DNA of 64,000 bases. Origin: the human T2T-CHM13v2.0 reference genome, Homo sapiens. The translations under genes were made by a program, and so were the position numbers. The stretch lies in assembly GCF_009914755.1 (NCBI RefSeq), contig NC_060925.1. One strand, 5' to 3'. A model generated the notes under the pieces. That model was not told the origin of the DNA. It saw only the letters and a program-made list of their open reading frames with translations, and searched no databases. This document shows positions 50,501 through 63,700 of the stretch, in pieces (the first letter of the stretch is position 1; every line of letters starts with the position of its first letter).

Positions 50501-53029
50501 AACTCACAGAGTTTAACCTTTCTTTTCATAGAGCAGTTAGGAAACACTCTGTTTGTAAAGTCTGCAAGTGGATATTCAGACCTCTTTGAGGCCTTCGTTG
50601 GAAACGGGATTTCTTCATATTCTGCTAGACAGAAGAATTCTCAGTAACTTCCTTGTGTTGTGTGTATTCAACTCACAGAGTTGAACGATCCTTTACACAG
50701 AGCAGACTTGAAACACTCTTTTTGTGGAATTTGCAAGTGGAGATTTCAGCCGCTTTGAGGTCAATAGTAGAAAAGGAAATATCTTCGTAGAAAAACTAGA
50801 CAGAATGATTCTCAGAAACTCCTTTGTGATGTGTGTGTTCAACTCACAGAGTTTAACCTTTCTTTTCATAGAGCAGTTAGTAAACACTCTGTTTATAAAG
50901 TCTGCAAGTGGATATTCAGACCCCTTTGAGGCCTTCGTTGGAAACGGGATTTCTTCATATTATGCTAGACAGAAGAATTCTCAGTAACTTCCTTGTGTTG
51001 TGTGTATTCAACTGACAGAGTTGAACTTTCATTTAGAGAGAGCAGATTTGAAACACTGTTTTTGTGGAATTTGCAAGTGGAGATTTCAAGCGCTTTGGGG
51101 CCAAAGGCAGAAAAGGAAATATCTTCGTATAAAAACTAGACAGAATCATTCTCAGAAACTGCTGCGTGATGTGTGCGTTCAACTCTCAGAGTTTAACTTT
51201 TCTTTTCATTCAGCGGTTTGGAAACACTCTGTTTGTAAAGTCTGCACGTGGAAATTTTGACCACTTAGAGGCCTTCGTTGGAAACGGGTTTTTTTCATGT
51301 AAGGCTAGACAGAAGAATTCCCAGTAACTTCCTTGTGTTGTGTGCATTCAACTCACAGAGTTGAACGTTCCCTTAGACAGAGCAGATTTGAAACACTCTA
51401 TTTGTGCAATTTGCAAGTGTAGATTTCAAGCGCTTTAAGGTCAACGGCAGAAAAGGAAATATCTTCGTTTCAAAACTAGACAGAATCATTCCCACAAACT
51501 GCGTTGTGATGTGTTCGTTCAACTCACAGAGTTTAACCTTTCTGTTCATAGAGCAGTTAGGAAACACTCTGTTTGTAAAGTCTGTAAGTGGATATTCTGA
51601 CATCTTGTGGCCTTCGTTGGAAACGGGATTTCTTCATATTCTGCTAGACAGAAGAATTCTCAGTAACTTCCTTGTGTTGTGTGTATTCAACTCACAGAGT
51701 TGAACGATCCTTTACACAGAGCAGACTTGAAACACTCTTTTTGTGGAATTTGCAAGTGGAGATTTCAGCCGCTTTGAGGTCAATGGTAGAAAAGTAAATA
51801 TCTTCCTATAAAGACTAGACAGAATGATTCTCAGAAACTCCTTTGTGATGTGTGCGTTCAACTCACAGAGTTTAACCTTTCTGTTCATAGAGCCGTTAGG
51901 AAACACTCTGTTTGTAAAGTCTGCAAGTGGATATTCAGACCTCTTTGAGGCCTTCGTTGGAAACGGGATTTCTTCATATTATGCTAGACAGAAGAATTCT
52001 CAGTAACTTCCTTGTGTTGTGTGTATTCAACTCACAGAGTGGAACGATCCTTTACACAGAGCAGACTTGAAACATTCTTTTTGTGGAATTTGCAAGTGGA
52101 GATTTCAGCCGCTTTGAGGTCAATGGTAGAATAGGAAATATCTTCCTATAGAAACTAGACAGAACGATTCTCAGAAACTCCTTTGTGATGTGTGCGTTCA
52201 ACTCACAGAGTTTAACCTTTCTTTTCATAGAGCAGTTAGGAAACACTCTGTTTGTAAAGTCTGCAAGTGGATATTCAGACCTCCTTGAGGCCTTCGTTGG
52301 AAACGGGATTTCTTCATATTCTGCTAGACAGAAGAATTCTCAGTAACTTCCTTGTGTTGTGTTTATTCAACTCACAGAGTTGAATGATCCTTTACACAGA
52401 GCAGACTTGAAACACTCTTTTTGTGGAATTTGCAAGTGGAGATTTCAGCCGCTTTGAGGTCAATGGTAGAAAAGTAAATATCTTCGTATAAAGACTAGAC
52501 AGAATGATTCTCAGAAACTCCTTTGTGATGTGTGCGTTCAACTCACAGAGTTTAACCTTTCTGTTCATAGAGCTGTTAGGAAACACTCTGTTTGTAAAGT
52601 CTGCAAGTGGATATTCAGACCTCCTTTAGGCCTTCGTTGGAAACGGGATTTCTTCATATTCTGCTAGACAGAAGAATTCTCAGTAACTTCCTTGTGTTGT
52701 GTGTATTCAACTCACAGAGTTGAACGATCCTTTACACAGAGCAGACTTGAAACACTCTTTTTGTGGAATTTGCAAGTGGAGATTTCAGCCGCTTTGAGGT
52801 CAATAGTAGAAAAGGAAATATCTTCGTAGAAAAACTAGACAGAATGATTCTCAGAAACTCCTTTGTGATGTGTGTGTTCAACTCACAGAGTTTAACCTTT
52901 CTTTTCATAGAGCAGTTAGTAAACACTCTGTTTATAAAGTCTGCAAGTGGATATTCAGACCCCTTTGAGGCCTTCGTTGGAAACGGGATTTCTTCATATT
53001 ATGCTAGACAGAAGAATTCTCAGTAACTT

Positions 53030-55068
53030 CCTTGTGTTGTGTGTATTCAACTGACAGAGTTGAACTTTCATTTAGAGAGAGCAGATTTGAAACACTGTTT
53101 TTGTGGAATTTGCAAGTGGAGATTTCAAGCGCTTTGGGGCCAAAGGCAGAAAAGGAAATATCTTCGTATAAAAACTAGACAGAATCATTCTCAGAAACTG
53201 CTGCGTGATGTGTGCGTTCAACTCTCAGAGTTTAACTTTTCTTTTCATTCAGCGGTTTGGAAACACTCTGTTTGTAAAGTCTGCACGTGGAAATTTTGAC
53301 CACTTAGAGGCCTTCGTTGGAAACGGGTTTTTTTCATGTAAGGCTAGACAGAAGAATTCCCAGTAACTTCCTTGTGTTGTGTGCATTCAACTCACAGAGT
53401 TGAACGTTCCCTTAGACAGAGCAGATTTGAAACACTCTATTTGTGCAATTTGCAAGTGTAGATTTCAAGCGCTTTAAGGTCAACGGCAGAAAAGGAAATA
53501 TCTTCGTTTCAAAACTAGACAGAATCATTCCCACAAACTGCGTTGTGATGTGTTCGTTCAACTCACAGAGTTTAACCTTTCTGTTCATAGAGCAGTTAGG
53601 AAACACTCTGTTTGTAAAGTCTGTAAGTGGATATTCTGACATCTTGTGGCCTTCGTTGGAAACGGGATTTCTTCATATTCTGCTAGACAGAAGAATTCTC
53701 AGTAACTTCCTTGTGTTGTGTGTATTCAACTCACAGAGTTGAATGATCCTTTACACAGAGCAGACTTGAAACACTCTTTTTGTGGAATTTGCAAGTGGAG
53801 ATTTCAGCCGCTTTGAGGTCAATGGTAGAAAAGTAAATATCTTCGTATAAAGACTAGACAGAATGATTCTTAGAAACTCCTTTGTGATGTGTGCGTTCAA
53901 CTCACAGAGTTTAACCTTTCTGTTCATAGAGCAGTTAGGAAACACTCTGTTTGTAAAGTCTGCAAGTGGATATTCAGACCTCCTTTAGGCCTTCGTTGGA
54001 AACGGGATTTCTTCATATTCTGCTAGACAGAAGAATTCTCAGTAACTTCCTTGTGTTGTGTGTATTCAACTCACAGAGTTGAACAATCCTTTACACAGAG
54101 CAGACTTGAAACACTCTTTTTGTGGAATTTGCAAGTGGAGATTTCAGCCGCTTTGAGGTCAATGGTAGAAAAGGAAATATCTTCGTATAAAGACTAGACA
54201 GAATGATTCTCATAAACTCCTTTGTGATGTGTGCGTTCAACTCACAGAGTTTAACTTTTCTTTTCATAGAGCAGTTAGGAAACACTCTGTTTGTAAAGTC
54301 TGCAAGTGGATATTCAGACCTCTTTGAGGCCTTCGTTGGAAACGGGATTTCTTCATATTCTGCTAGACAGAAGAATTCTCAGTAACTTCCTTGTGTTGTG
54401 TGTATTCAACTCACAGAGTTGAACGATCCTTTACACAGAGCAGACTTGAAACATTCTTTTTGTGGAATTTGCAAGTGGAGATTTCAGCCGCTTTGAGGTC
54501 AATGGTAGAATAGGAAATATCTTCCTATAGAAACTAGACAGAACGATTCTCAGAAACTCCTTTGTGATGTGTGCGTTCAACTCACAGAGTTTAACCTTTC
54601 TTTTCATAGAGCAGTTAGGAAACACTCTGTTTGTAAAGTCTGCAAGTGGATATTCAGACCTCTTTGAGGCCTTCGTTGGAAACGGGATTTCTTCATATTC
54701 TGCTAGACAGAAGAATTCTCAGTAACTTCCTTGTGTTGTGTGTATTCAACTCACAGAGTTGAACGATCCTTTACACAGAGCAGACTTGAAACACTCTTTT
54801 TGTGGAATTTGCAAGTGGAGATTTCAGCCGCTTTGAGGTCAATAGTAGAAAAGGAAATATCTTCGTAGAAAAACTAGACAGAATGATTCTCAGAAACTCC
54901 TTTGTGATGTGTGTGTTCAACTCACAGAGTTTAACCTTTCTTTTCATAGAGCAGTTAGTAAACACTCTGTTTATAAAGTCTGCAAGTGGATATTCAGACC
55001 CCTTTGAGGCCTTCGTTGGAAACGGGATTTCTTCATATTATGCTAGACAGAAGAATTCTCAGTAACTT
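53030..55068 (+). repeat. Representative 12-monomer HOR variant (B-C-F-G-H-A, 2039 bp)
   Basis: The same dimer order is seen at ~39775, 46913, 48952 and 57789, and partially from 62544. Confidence 0.85.
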
Positions 55069-57788
55069 CCTTGTGTTGTGTGTATTCAACTGACAGAGTT
55101 GAACTTTCATTTAGAGAGAGCAGATTTGAAACACTGTTTTTGTGGAATTTGCAAGTGGAGATTTCAAGCGCTTTGGGGCCAAAGGCAGAAAAGGAAATAT
55201 CTTCGTATAAAAACTAGACAGAATCATTCTCAGAAACTGCTGCGTGATGTGTGCGTTCAACTCTCAGAGTTTAACTTTTCTTTTCATTCAGCGGTTTGGA
55301 AACACTCTGTTTGTAAAGTCTGCACGTGGAAATTTTGACCACTTAGAGGCCTTCGTTGGAAACGGGTTTTTTTCATGTAAGGCTAGACAGAAGAATTCCC
55401 AGTAACTTCCTTGTGTTGTGTGCATTCAACTCACAGAGTTGAACGTTCCCTTAGACAGAGCAGATTTGAAACACTCTATTTGTGCAATTTGCAAGTGTAG
55501 ATTTCAAGCGCTTTAAGGTCAACGGCAGAAAAGGAAATATCTTCGTTTCAAAACTAGACAGAATCATTCCCACAAACTGCGTTGTGATGTGTTCGTTCAA
55601 CTCACAGAGTTTAACCTTTCTGTTCATAGAGCAGTTAGGAAACACTCTGTTTGTAAAGTCTGTAAGTGGATATTCTGACATCTTGTGGCCTTCGTTGGAA
55701 ACGGGATTTCTTCATATTCTGCTAGACAGAAGAATTCTCAGTAACTTCCTTGTGTTGTGTGTATTCAACTCACAGAGTTGAACGATCCTTTACACAGAGC
55801 AGACTTGAAACACTCTTTTTGTGGAATTTGCAAGTGGAGATTTCAGCCGCTTTGAGGTCAATGGTAGAAAAGGAAACTATCTTCATATAAAGATTAGACA
55901 GAATGATTCTCAGAAAATCTTTTGTGATGTGTGCGTTCAACTCACAGAGTTTAACTTTTCTTCTCATAGAGCAGTTAGGAAACACTCTGTTTGTAAAGTC
56001 TGCAAGTGGATATTCAGACCTCTTTGAGGTCTTCGTTGGAAACGGGATTTCTTCATATTATGCTAGACAGAATAATTCTCAGTAACTTCCTTGTGTTGTG
56101 TGTATTCAACTCACAGAGTTGAAGGATCCTTTACAGAGAGCAGGCTTGAAACACTCTTTTTGTCGAATTTGCAAGTGGAGATTTCAGCCGCTTTGTGGTC
56201 AATGGTAGAATAGGAAATATCTTCTTATAGAAACTAGACAGAATGATTCTCATAAACTCCTTTGTGATGTGTGCGTTCAACTCACAGAGTTTAACCTTTC
56301 TTTTCATAGAGCAGTTAGGAAACACTCTGTTTGTAAAGTCTGCAAGTGGATATTCAGACCTCCTTGAGGCCTTCGTTGGAAACGGGATTTCTTCATATTC
56401 TGCTAGACAGAAGAATTCTCAGTAACTTCCTTGTGTTGTGTTTATTCAACTCACAGAGTTGAATGGTCCTTTACACAGAGCAGACTTGAAACACTCTTTT
56501 TGTGGAATTTGCAAGTGGAGATTTCAGCCGCTTTGAGGTCAATGGTAGAAAAGTAAATATCTTCCTATAAAGACTAGACAGAATGATTCTCAGAAACTCC
56601 TTTGTGATGTGTGCGTTCAACTCACAGAGTTTAACCTTTCTGTTCATAGAGCCGTTAGGAAACACACTGTTTGTAAAGTCTGCAAGTGGATATTCAGACC
56701 TCTTTGAGGCCTTCGTTGGAAACGGGATTTCTTCATATTATGCTAGACAGAATAATTCTCAGTAACTTCCTTGTGTTGTGTGTATTCAACTCACAGAGTG
56801 GAACGATCCTTTACACAGAGCAGACTTGAAACATTCTTTTTGTGGAATTTGCAAGTGGAGATTTCAGCCGCTTTGAGGTCAATGGTAGAATAGGAAATAT
56901 CTTCCTATAGAAACTAGACAGAACGATTCTCAGAAACTCCTTTGTGATGTGTGCGTTCAACTCACAGAGTTTAACCTTTCTTTTCATAGAGCAGTTAGGA
57001 AACACTCTGTTTGTAAAGTCTGCAAGTGGATATTCAGACCTCCTTGAGGCCTTCGTTGGAAACGGGATTTCTTCATATTCTGCTAGACAGAAGAATTCTC
57101 AGTAACTTCCTTGTGTTGTGTTTATTCAACTCACAGAGTTGAATGATCCTTTACACAGAGCAGACTTGAAACACTCTTTTTGTGGAATTTGCAAGTGGAG
57201 GTTTCAGCCGCTTTGAGGTCAATGGTAGAAAAGTAAATATCTTCGTATAAAGACTAGACAGAATGATTCTCAGAAACTCCTTTGTGATGTGTGCGTTCAA
57301 CTCACAGAGTTTAACCTTTCTGTTCATAGAGCTGTTAGGAAACACTCTGTTTGTAAAGTCTGCAAGTGGATATTCAGACCTCTTTGAGGCCTTCGTTGGA
57401 AACGGGATTTCTTCCTATTCTGCTAGACAGAAGAATTCTCAGTAACTTCCTTGTGTTGTGTGTATTCAACTCACAGAGTTGAACGATCCTTTACACAGAG
57501 CAGACTTGAAACACTCTTTTTGTGGAATTTGCAAGTGGAGATTTCAGCCGCTTTGAGGTCAATAGTAGAAAAGGAAATATCTTCGTAGAAAAACTAGACA
57601 GAATGATTCTCAGAAACTCCTTTGTGATGTGTGTGTTCAACTCACAGAGTTTAACCTTTCTTTTCATAGAGCAGTTAGTAAACACTCTGTTTATAAAGTC
57701 TGCAAGTGGATATTCAGACCCCTTTGAGGCCTTCGTTGGAAACGGGATTTCTTCATATTATGCTAGACAGAAGAATTCTCAGTAACTT
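55069..57788 (+). repeat. Representative 16-monomer HOR variant (B-C-D-E-F'-H-F''-A, 2720 bp)
   Basis: The same dimer order is seen at ~26856-29575 (hybrid B), 37055-39774 and 59828-62543. Confidence 0.85.
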
Positions 57789-60700
57789 CCTTGTGTTGTG
57801 TGTATTCAACTGACAGAGTTGAACTTTCATTTAGAGAGAGCAGATTTGAAACACTGTTTTTGTGGAATTTGCAAGTGGAGATTTCAAGCGCTTTGGGGCC
57901 AAAGGCAGAAAAGGAAATATCTTCGTATAAAAACTAGACAGAATCATTCTCAGAAACTGCTGCGTGATGTGTGCGTTCAACTCTCAGAGTTTAACTTTTC
58001 TTTTCATTCAGCGGTTTGGAAACACTCTGTTTGTAAAGTCTGCACGTGGAAATTTTGACCACTTAGAGGCCTTCGTTGGAAACGGGTTTTTTTCATGTAA
58101 GGCTAGACAGAAGAATTCCCAGTAACTTCCTTGTGTTGTGTGCATTCAACTCACAGAGTTGAACGTTCCCTTAGACAGAGCAGATTTGAAACACTCTATT
58201 TGTGCAATTTGCAAGTGTAGATTTCAAGCGCTTTAAGGTCAACGGCAGAAAAGGAAATATCTTCGTTTCAAAACTAGACAGAATCATTCCCACAAACTGC
58301 GTTGTGATGTGTTCGTTCAACTCACAGAGTTTAACCTTTCTGTTCATAGAGCAGTTAGGAAACACTCTGTTTGTAAAGTCTGTAAGTGGATATTCTGACA
58401 TCTTGTGGCCTTCGTTGGAAACGGGATTTCTTCATATTCTGCTAGACAGAAGAATTCTCAGTAACTTCCTTGTGTTGTGTGTATTCAACTCACAGAGTTG
58501 AATGATCCTTTACACAGAGCAGACTTGAAACACTCTTTTTGTGGAATTTGCAAGTGGAGATTTCAGCCGCTTTGAGGTCAATGGTAGAAAAGTAAATATC
58601 TTCGTATAAAGACTAGACAGAATGATTCTTAGAAACTCCTTTGTGATGTGTGCGTTCAACTCACAGAGTTTAACCTTTCTGTTCATAGAGCAGTTAGGAA
58701 ACACTCTGTTTGTAAAGTCTGCAAGTGGATATTCAGACCTCCTTTAGGCCTTCGTTGGAAACGGGATTTCTTCATATTCTGCTAGACAGAAGAATTCTCA
58801 GTAACTTCCTTGTGTTGTGTGTATTCAACTCACAGAGTTGAACAATCCTTTACACAGAGCAGACTTGAAACACTCTTTTTGTGGAATTTGCAAGTGGAGA
58901 TTTCAGCCGCTTTGAGGTCAATGGTAGAAAAGGAAATATCTTCGTATAAAGACTAGACAGAATGATTCTCATAAACTCCTTTGGGATGTGTGCGTTCAAC
59001 TCACAGAGTTTAACTTTTCTTTTCATAGAGCAGTTAGGAAACACTCTGTTTGTAAAGTCTGCAAGTGGATATTCAGACCTCTTTGAGGCCTTCGTTGGAA
59101 ACGGGATTTCTTCATATTCTGCTAGACAGAAGAATTCTCAGTAACTTCCTTGTGTTGTGTGTATTCAACTCACAGAGTTGAACGATCCTTTACACAGAGC
59201 AGACTTGAAACATTCTTTTTGTGGAATTTGCAAGTGGAGATTTCAGCCGCTTTGAGGTCAATGGTAGAATAGGAAATATCTTCCTATAGAAACTAGACAG
59301 AACGATTCTCAGAAACTCCTTTGTGATGTGTGCGTTCAACTCACAGAGTTTAACCTTTCTTTTCATAGAGCAGTTAGGAAACACTCTGTTTGTAAAGTCT
59401 GCAAGTGGATATTCAGACCTCTTTGAGGCCTTCGTTGGAAACGGGATTTCTTCATATTCTGCTAGACAGAAGAATTCTCAGTAACTTCCTTGTGTTGTGT
59501 GTATTCAACTCACAGAGTTGAACGATCCTTTACACAGAGCAGACTTGAAACACTCTTTTTGTGGAATTTGCAAGTGGAGATTTCAGCCGCTTTGAGGTCA
59601 ATAGTAGAAAAGGAAATATCTTCGTAGAAAAACTAGACAGAATGATTCTCAGAAACTCCTTTGTGATGTGTGTGTTCAACTCACAGAGTTTAACCTTTCT
59701 TTTCATAGAGCAGTTAGTAAACACTCTGTTTATAAAGTCTGCAAGTGGATATTCAGACCCCTTTGAGGCCTTCGTTGGAAACGGGATTTCTTCATATTAT
59801 GCTAGACAGAAGAATTCTCAGTAACTTCCTTGTGTTGTGTGTATTCAACTGACAGAGTTGAACTTTCATTTAGAGAGAGCAGATTTGAAACACTGTTTTT
59901 GTGGAATTTGCAAGTGGAGATTTCAAGCGCTTTGGGGCCAAAGGCAGAAAAGGAAATATCTTCGTATAAAAACTAGACAGAATCATTCTCAGAAACTGCT
60001 GCGTGATGTGTGCGTTCAACTCTCAGAGTTTAACTTTTCTTTTCATTCAGCGGTTTGGAAACACTCTGTTTGTAAAGTCTGCACGTGGAAATTTTGACCA
60101 CTTAGAGGCCTTCGTTGGAAACGGGTTTTTTTCATGTAAGGCTAGACAGAAGAATTCCCAGTAACTTCCTTGTGTTGTGTGCATTCAACTCACAGAGTTG
60201 AACGTTCCCTTAGACAGAGCAGATTTGAAACACTCTATTTGTGCAATTTGCAAGTGTAGATTTCAAGCGCTTTAAGGTCAACGGCAGAAAAGGAAATATC
60301 TTCGTTTCAAAACTAGACAGAATCATTCCCACAAACTGCGTTGTGATGTGTTCGTTCAACTCACAGAGTTTAACCTTTCTGTTCATAGAGCAGTTAGGAA
60401 ACACTCTGTTTGTAAAGTCTGTAAGTGGATATTCTGACATCTTGTGGCCTTCGTTGGAAACGGGATTTCTTCATATTCTGCTAGACAGAAGAATTCTCAG
60501 TAACTTCCTTGTGTTGTGTGTATTCAACTCACAGAGTTGAACGATCCTTTACACAGAGCAGACTTGAAACACTCTTTTTGTGGAATTTGCAAGTGGAGAT
60601 TTCAGCCGCTTTGAGGTCAATGGTAGAAAAGGAAACTATCTTCATATAAAGATTAGACAGAATGATTCTCAGAAAATCTTTTGTGATGTGTGCGTTCAAC

Positions 60701-63700
60701 TCACAGAGTTTAACTTTTCTTCTCATAGAGCAGTTAGGAAACACTCTGTTTGTAAAGTCTGCAAGTGGATATTCAGACCTCTTTGAGGTCTTCGTTGGAA
60801 ACGGGATTTCTTCATATTATGCTAGACAGAATAATTCTCAGTAACTTCCTTGTGTTGTGTGTATTCAACTCACAGAGTTGAAGGATCCTTTACAGAGAGC
60901 AGGCTTGAAACACTCTTTTTGTCGAATTTGCAAGTGGAGATTTCAGCCGCTTTGTGGTCAATGGTAGAATAGGAAATATCTTCTTATAGAAACTAGACAG
61001 AATGATTCTCATAAACTCCTTTGTGATGTGTGCGTTCAACTCACAGAGTTTAACCTTTCTTTTCATAGAGCAGTTAGGAAACACTCTGTAAAGTCTGCAA
61101 GTGGATATTCAGACCTCCTTGAGGCCTTCGTTGGAAACGGGATTTCTTCATATTCTGCTAGACAGAAGAATTCTCAGTAACTTCCTTGTGTTGTGTTTAT
61201 TCAACTCACAGAGTTGAATGATCCTTTACACAGAGCAGACTTGAAACACTCTTTTTGTGGAATTTGCAAGTGGAGATTTCAGCCGCTTTGAGGTCAATGG
61301 TAGAAAAGTAAATATCTTCCTATAAAGACTAGACAGAATGATTCTCAGAAACTCCTTTGTGATGTGTGCGTTCAACTCACAGAGTTTAACCTTTCTGTTC
61401 ATAGAGCCGTTAGGAAACACTCTGTTTGTAAAGTCTGCAAGTGGATATTCAGACCTCTTTGAGGCCTTCGTTGGAAACGGGATTTCTTCATATTATGCTA
61501 GACAGAAGAATTCTCAGTAACTTCCTTGTGTTGTGTGTATTCAACTCACAGAGTTGAACGATCCTTTACACAGAGCAGACTTGAAACATTCTTTTTGTGG
61601 AATTTGCAAGTGGAGATTTCAGCCGCTTTGAGGTCAATGGTAGAATAGGAAATATCTTCCTATAGAAACTAGACAGAACGATTCTCAGAAACTCCTTTGT
61701 GATGTGTGCGTTCAACTCACAGAGTTTAACCTTTCTTTTCATAGAGCAGTTAGGAAACACTCTGTTTGTAAAGTCTGCAAGTGGATATTCAGACCTCCTT
61801 GAGGCCTTCGTTGGAAACGGGATTTCTTCATATTCTGCTAGACAGAAGAATTCTCAGTAACTTCCTTGTGTTGTGTTTATTCAACTCACAGAGTTGAATG
61901 ATCCTTTACACAGAGCAGACTTGAAACACTCTTTTTGTGGAATTTGCAAGTGGAGGTTTCAGCCGCTTTGAGGTCAATGGTAGAAAAGTAAATATCTTCG
62001 TATAAAGACTAGACAGAATGATTCTCAGAAACTCCTTTGTGATGTGTGCGTTCAACTCACAGAGTTTAACCTTTCTGTTCATAGAGCTGTTAGGAAACAC
62101 TCTGTTTGTAAAGTCTGCAAGTGGATATTCAGACCTCCTTTAGGCCTTCGTTGGAAACGGGATTTCTTCCTATTCTGCTAGACAGAAGAATTCTCAGTAA
62201 CTTCCTTGTGTTGTGTGTATTCAACTCACAGAGTTGAACGATCCTTTACACAGAGCAGACTTGAAACACTCTTTTTGTGGAATTTGCAAGTGGAGATTTC
62301 AGCCGCTTTGAGGTCAATAGTAGAAAAGGAAATATCTTCGTAGAAAAACTAGACAGAATGATTCTCAGAAACTCCTTTGTGATGTGTGTGTTCAACTCAC
62401 AGAGTTTAACCTTTCTTTTCATAGAGCAGTTAGGAAACACTCTGTTTATAAAGTCTGCAAGTGGATATTCAGACCCCTTTGAGGCCTTCGTTGGAAACGG
62501 GATTTCTTCATATTATGCTAGACAGAAGAATTCTCAGTAACTTCCTTGTGTTGTGTGTATTCAACTGACAGAGTTGAACTTTCATTTAGAGAGAGCAGAT
62601 TTGAAACACTGTTTTTGTGGAATTTGCAAGTGGAGATTTCAAGCGCTTTGGGGCCAAAGGCAGAAAAGGAAATATCTTCGTATAAAAACTAGACAGAATC
62701 ATTCTCAGAAACTGCTGCGTGATGTGTGCGTTCAACTCTCAGAGTTTAACTTTTCTTTTCATTCAGCGGTTTGGAAACACTCTGTTTGTAAAGTCTGCAC
62801 GTGGAAATTTTGACCACTTAGAGGCCTTCGTTGGAAACGGGTTTTTTTCATGTGAGGCTAGACAGAAGAATTCCCAGTAACTTCCTTGTGTTGTGTGCAT
62901 TCAACTCACAGAGTTGAACGTTCCCTTAGACAGAGCAGATTTGAAACACTCTATTTGTGCAATTTGCAAGTGTAGATTTCAAGCGCTTTAAGGTCAACGG
63001 CAGAAAAGGAAATATCTTCGTTTCAAAACTAGACAGAATCATTCCCACAAACTGCGTTGTGATGTGTTCGTTCAACTCACAGAGTTTAACCTTTCTGTTC
63101 ATAGAGCAGTTAGGAAACACTCTGTTTGTAAAGTCTGTAAGTGGATATTCTGACATCTTGTGGCCTTCGTTGGAAACGGGATTTCTTCATATTCTGCTAG
63201 ACAGAAGAATTCTCAGTAACTTCCTTGTGTTGTGTGTATTCAACTCACAGAGTTGAATGATCCTTTACACAGAGCCGACTTGAAACACTCTTTTTGTGGA
63301 ATTTGCAAGTGGAGATTTCAGCCGCTTTGAGGTCAATGGTAGAAAAGTAAATATCTTCGTATAAAGACTAGACAGAATGATTCTTAGAAACTCCTTTGTG
63401 ATGTGTGCGTTCAACTCACAGAGTTTAACCTTTCTGTTCATAGAGCAGTTAGGAAACACTCTGTTTGTAAAGTCTGCAAGTGGATATTCAGACCTCCTTT
63501 AGGCCTTCGTTGGAAACGGGATTTCTTCATATTCTGCTAGACAGAAGAATTCTCAGTAACTTCCTTGTGTTGTGTGTATTCAACTCACAGAGTTGAACAA
63601 TCCTTTACACAGAGCAGACTTGAAACACTCTTTTTGTGGAATTTGCAAGTGGAGATTTCAGCCGCTTTGAGGTCAATGGTAGAAAAGGAAATATCTTCGT

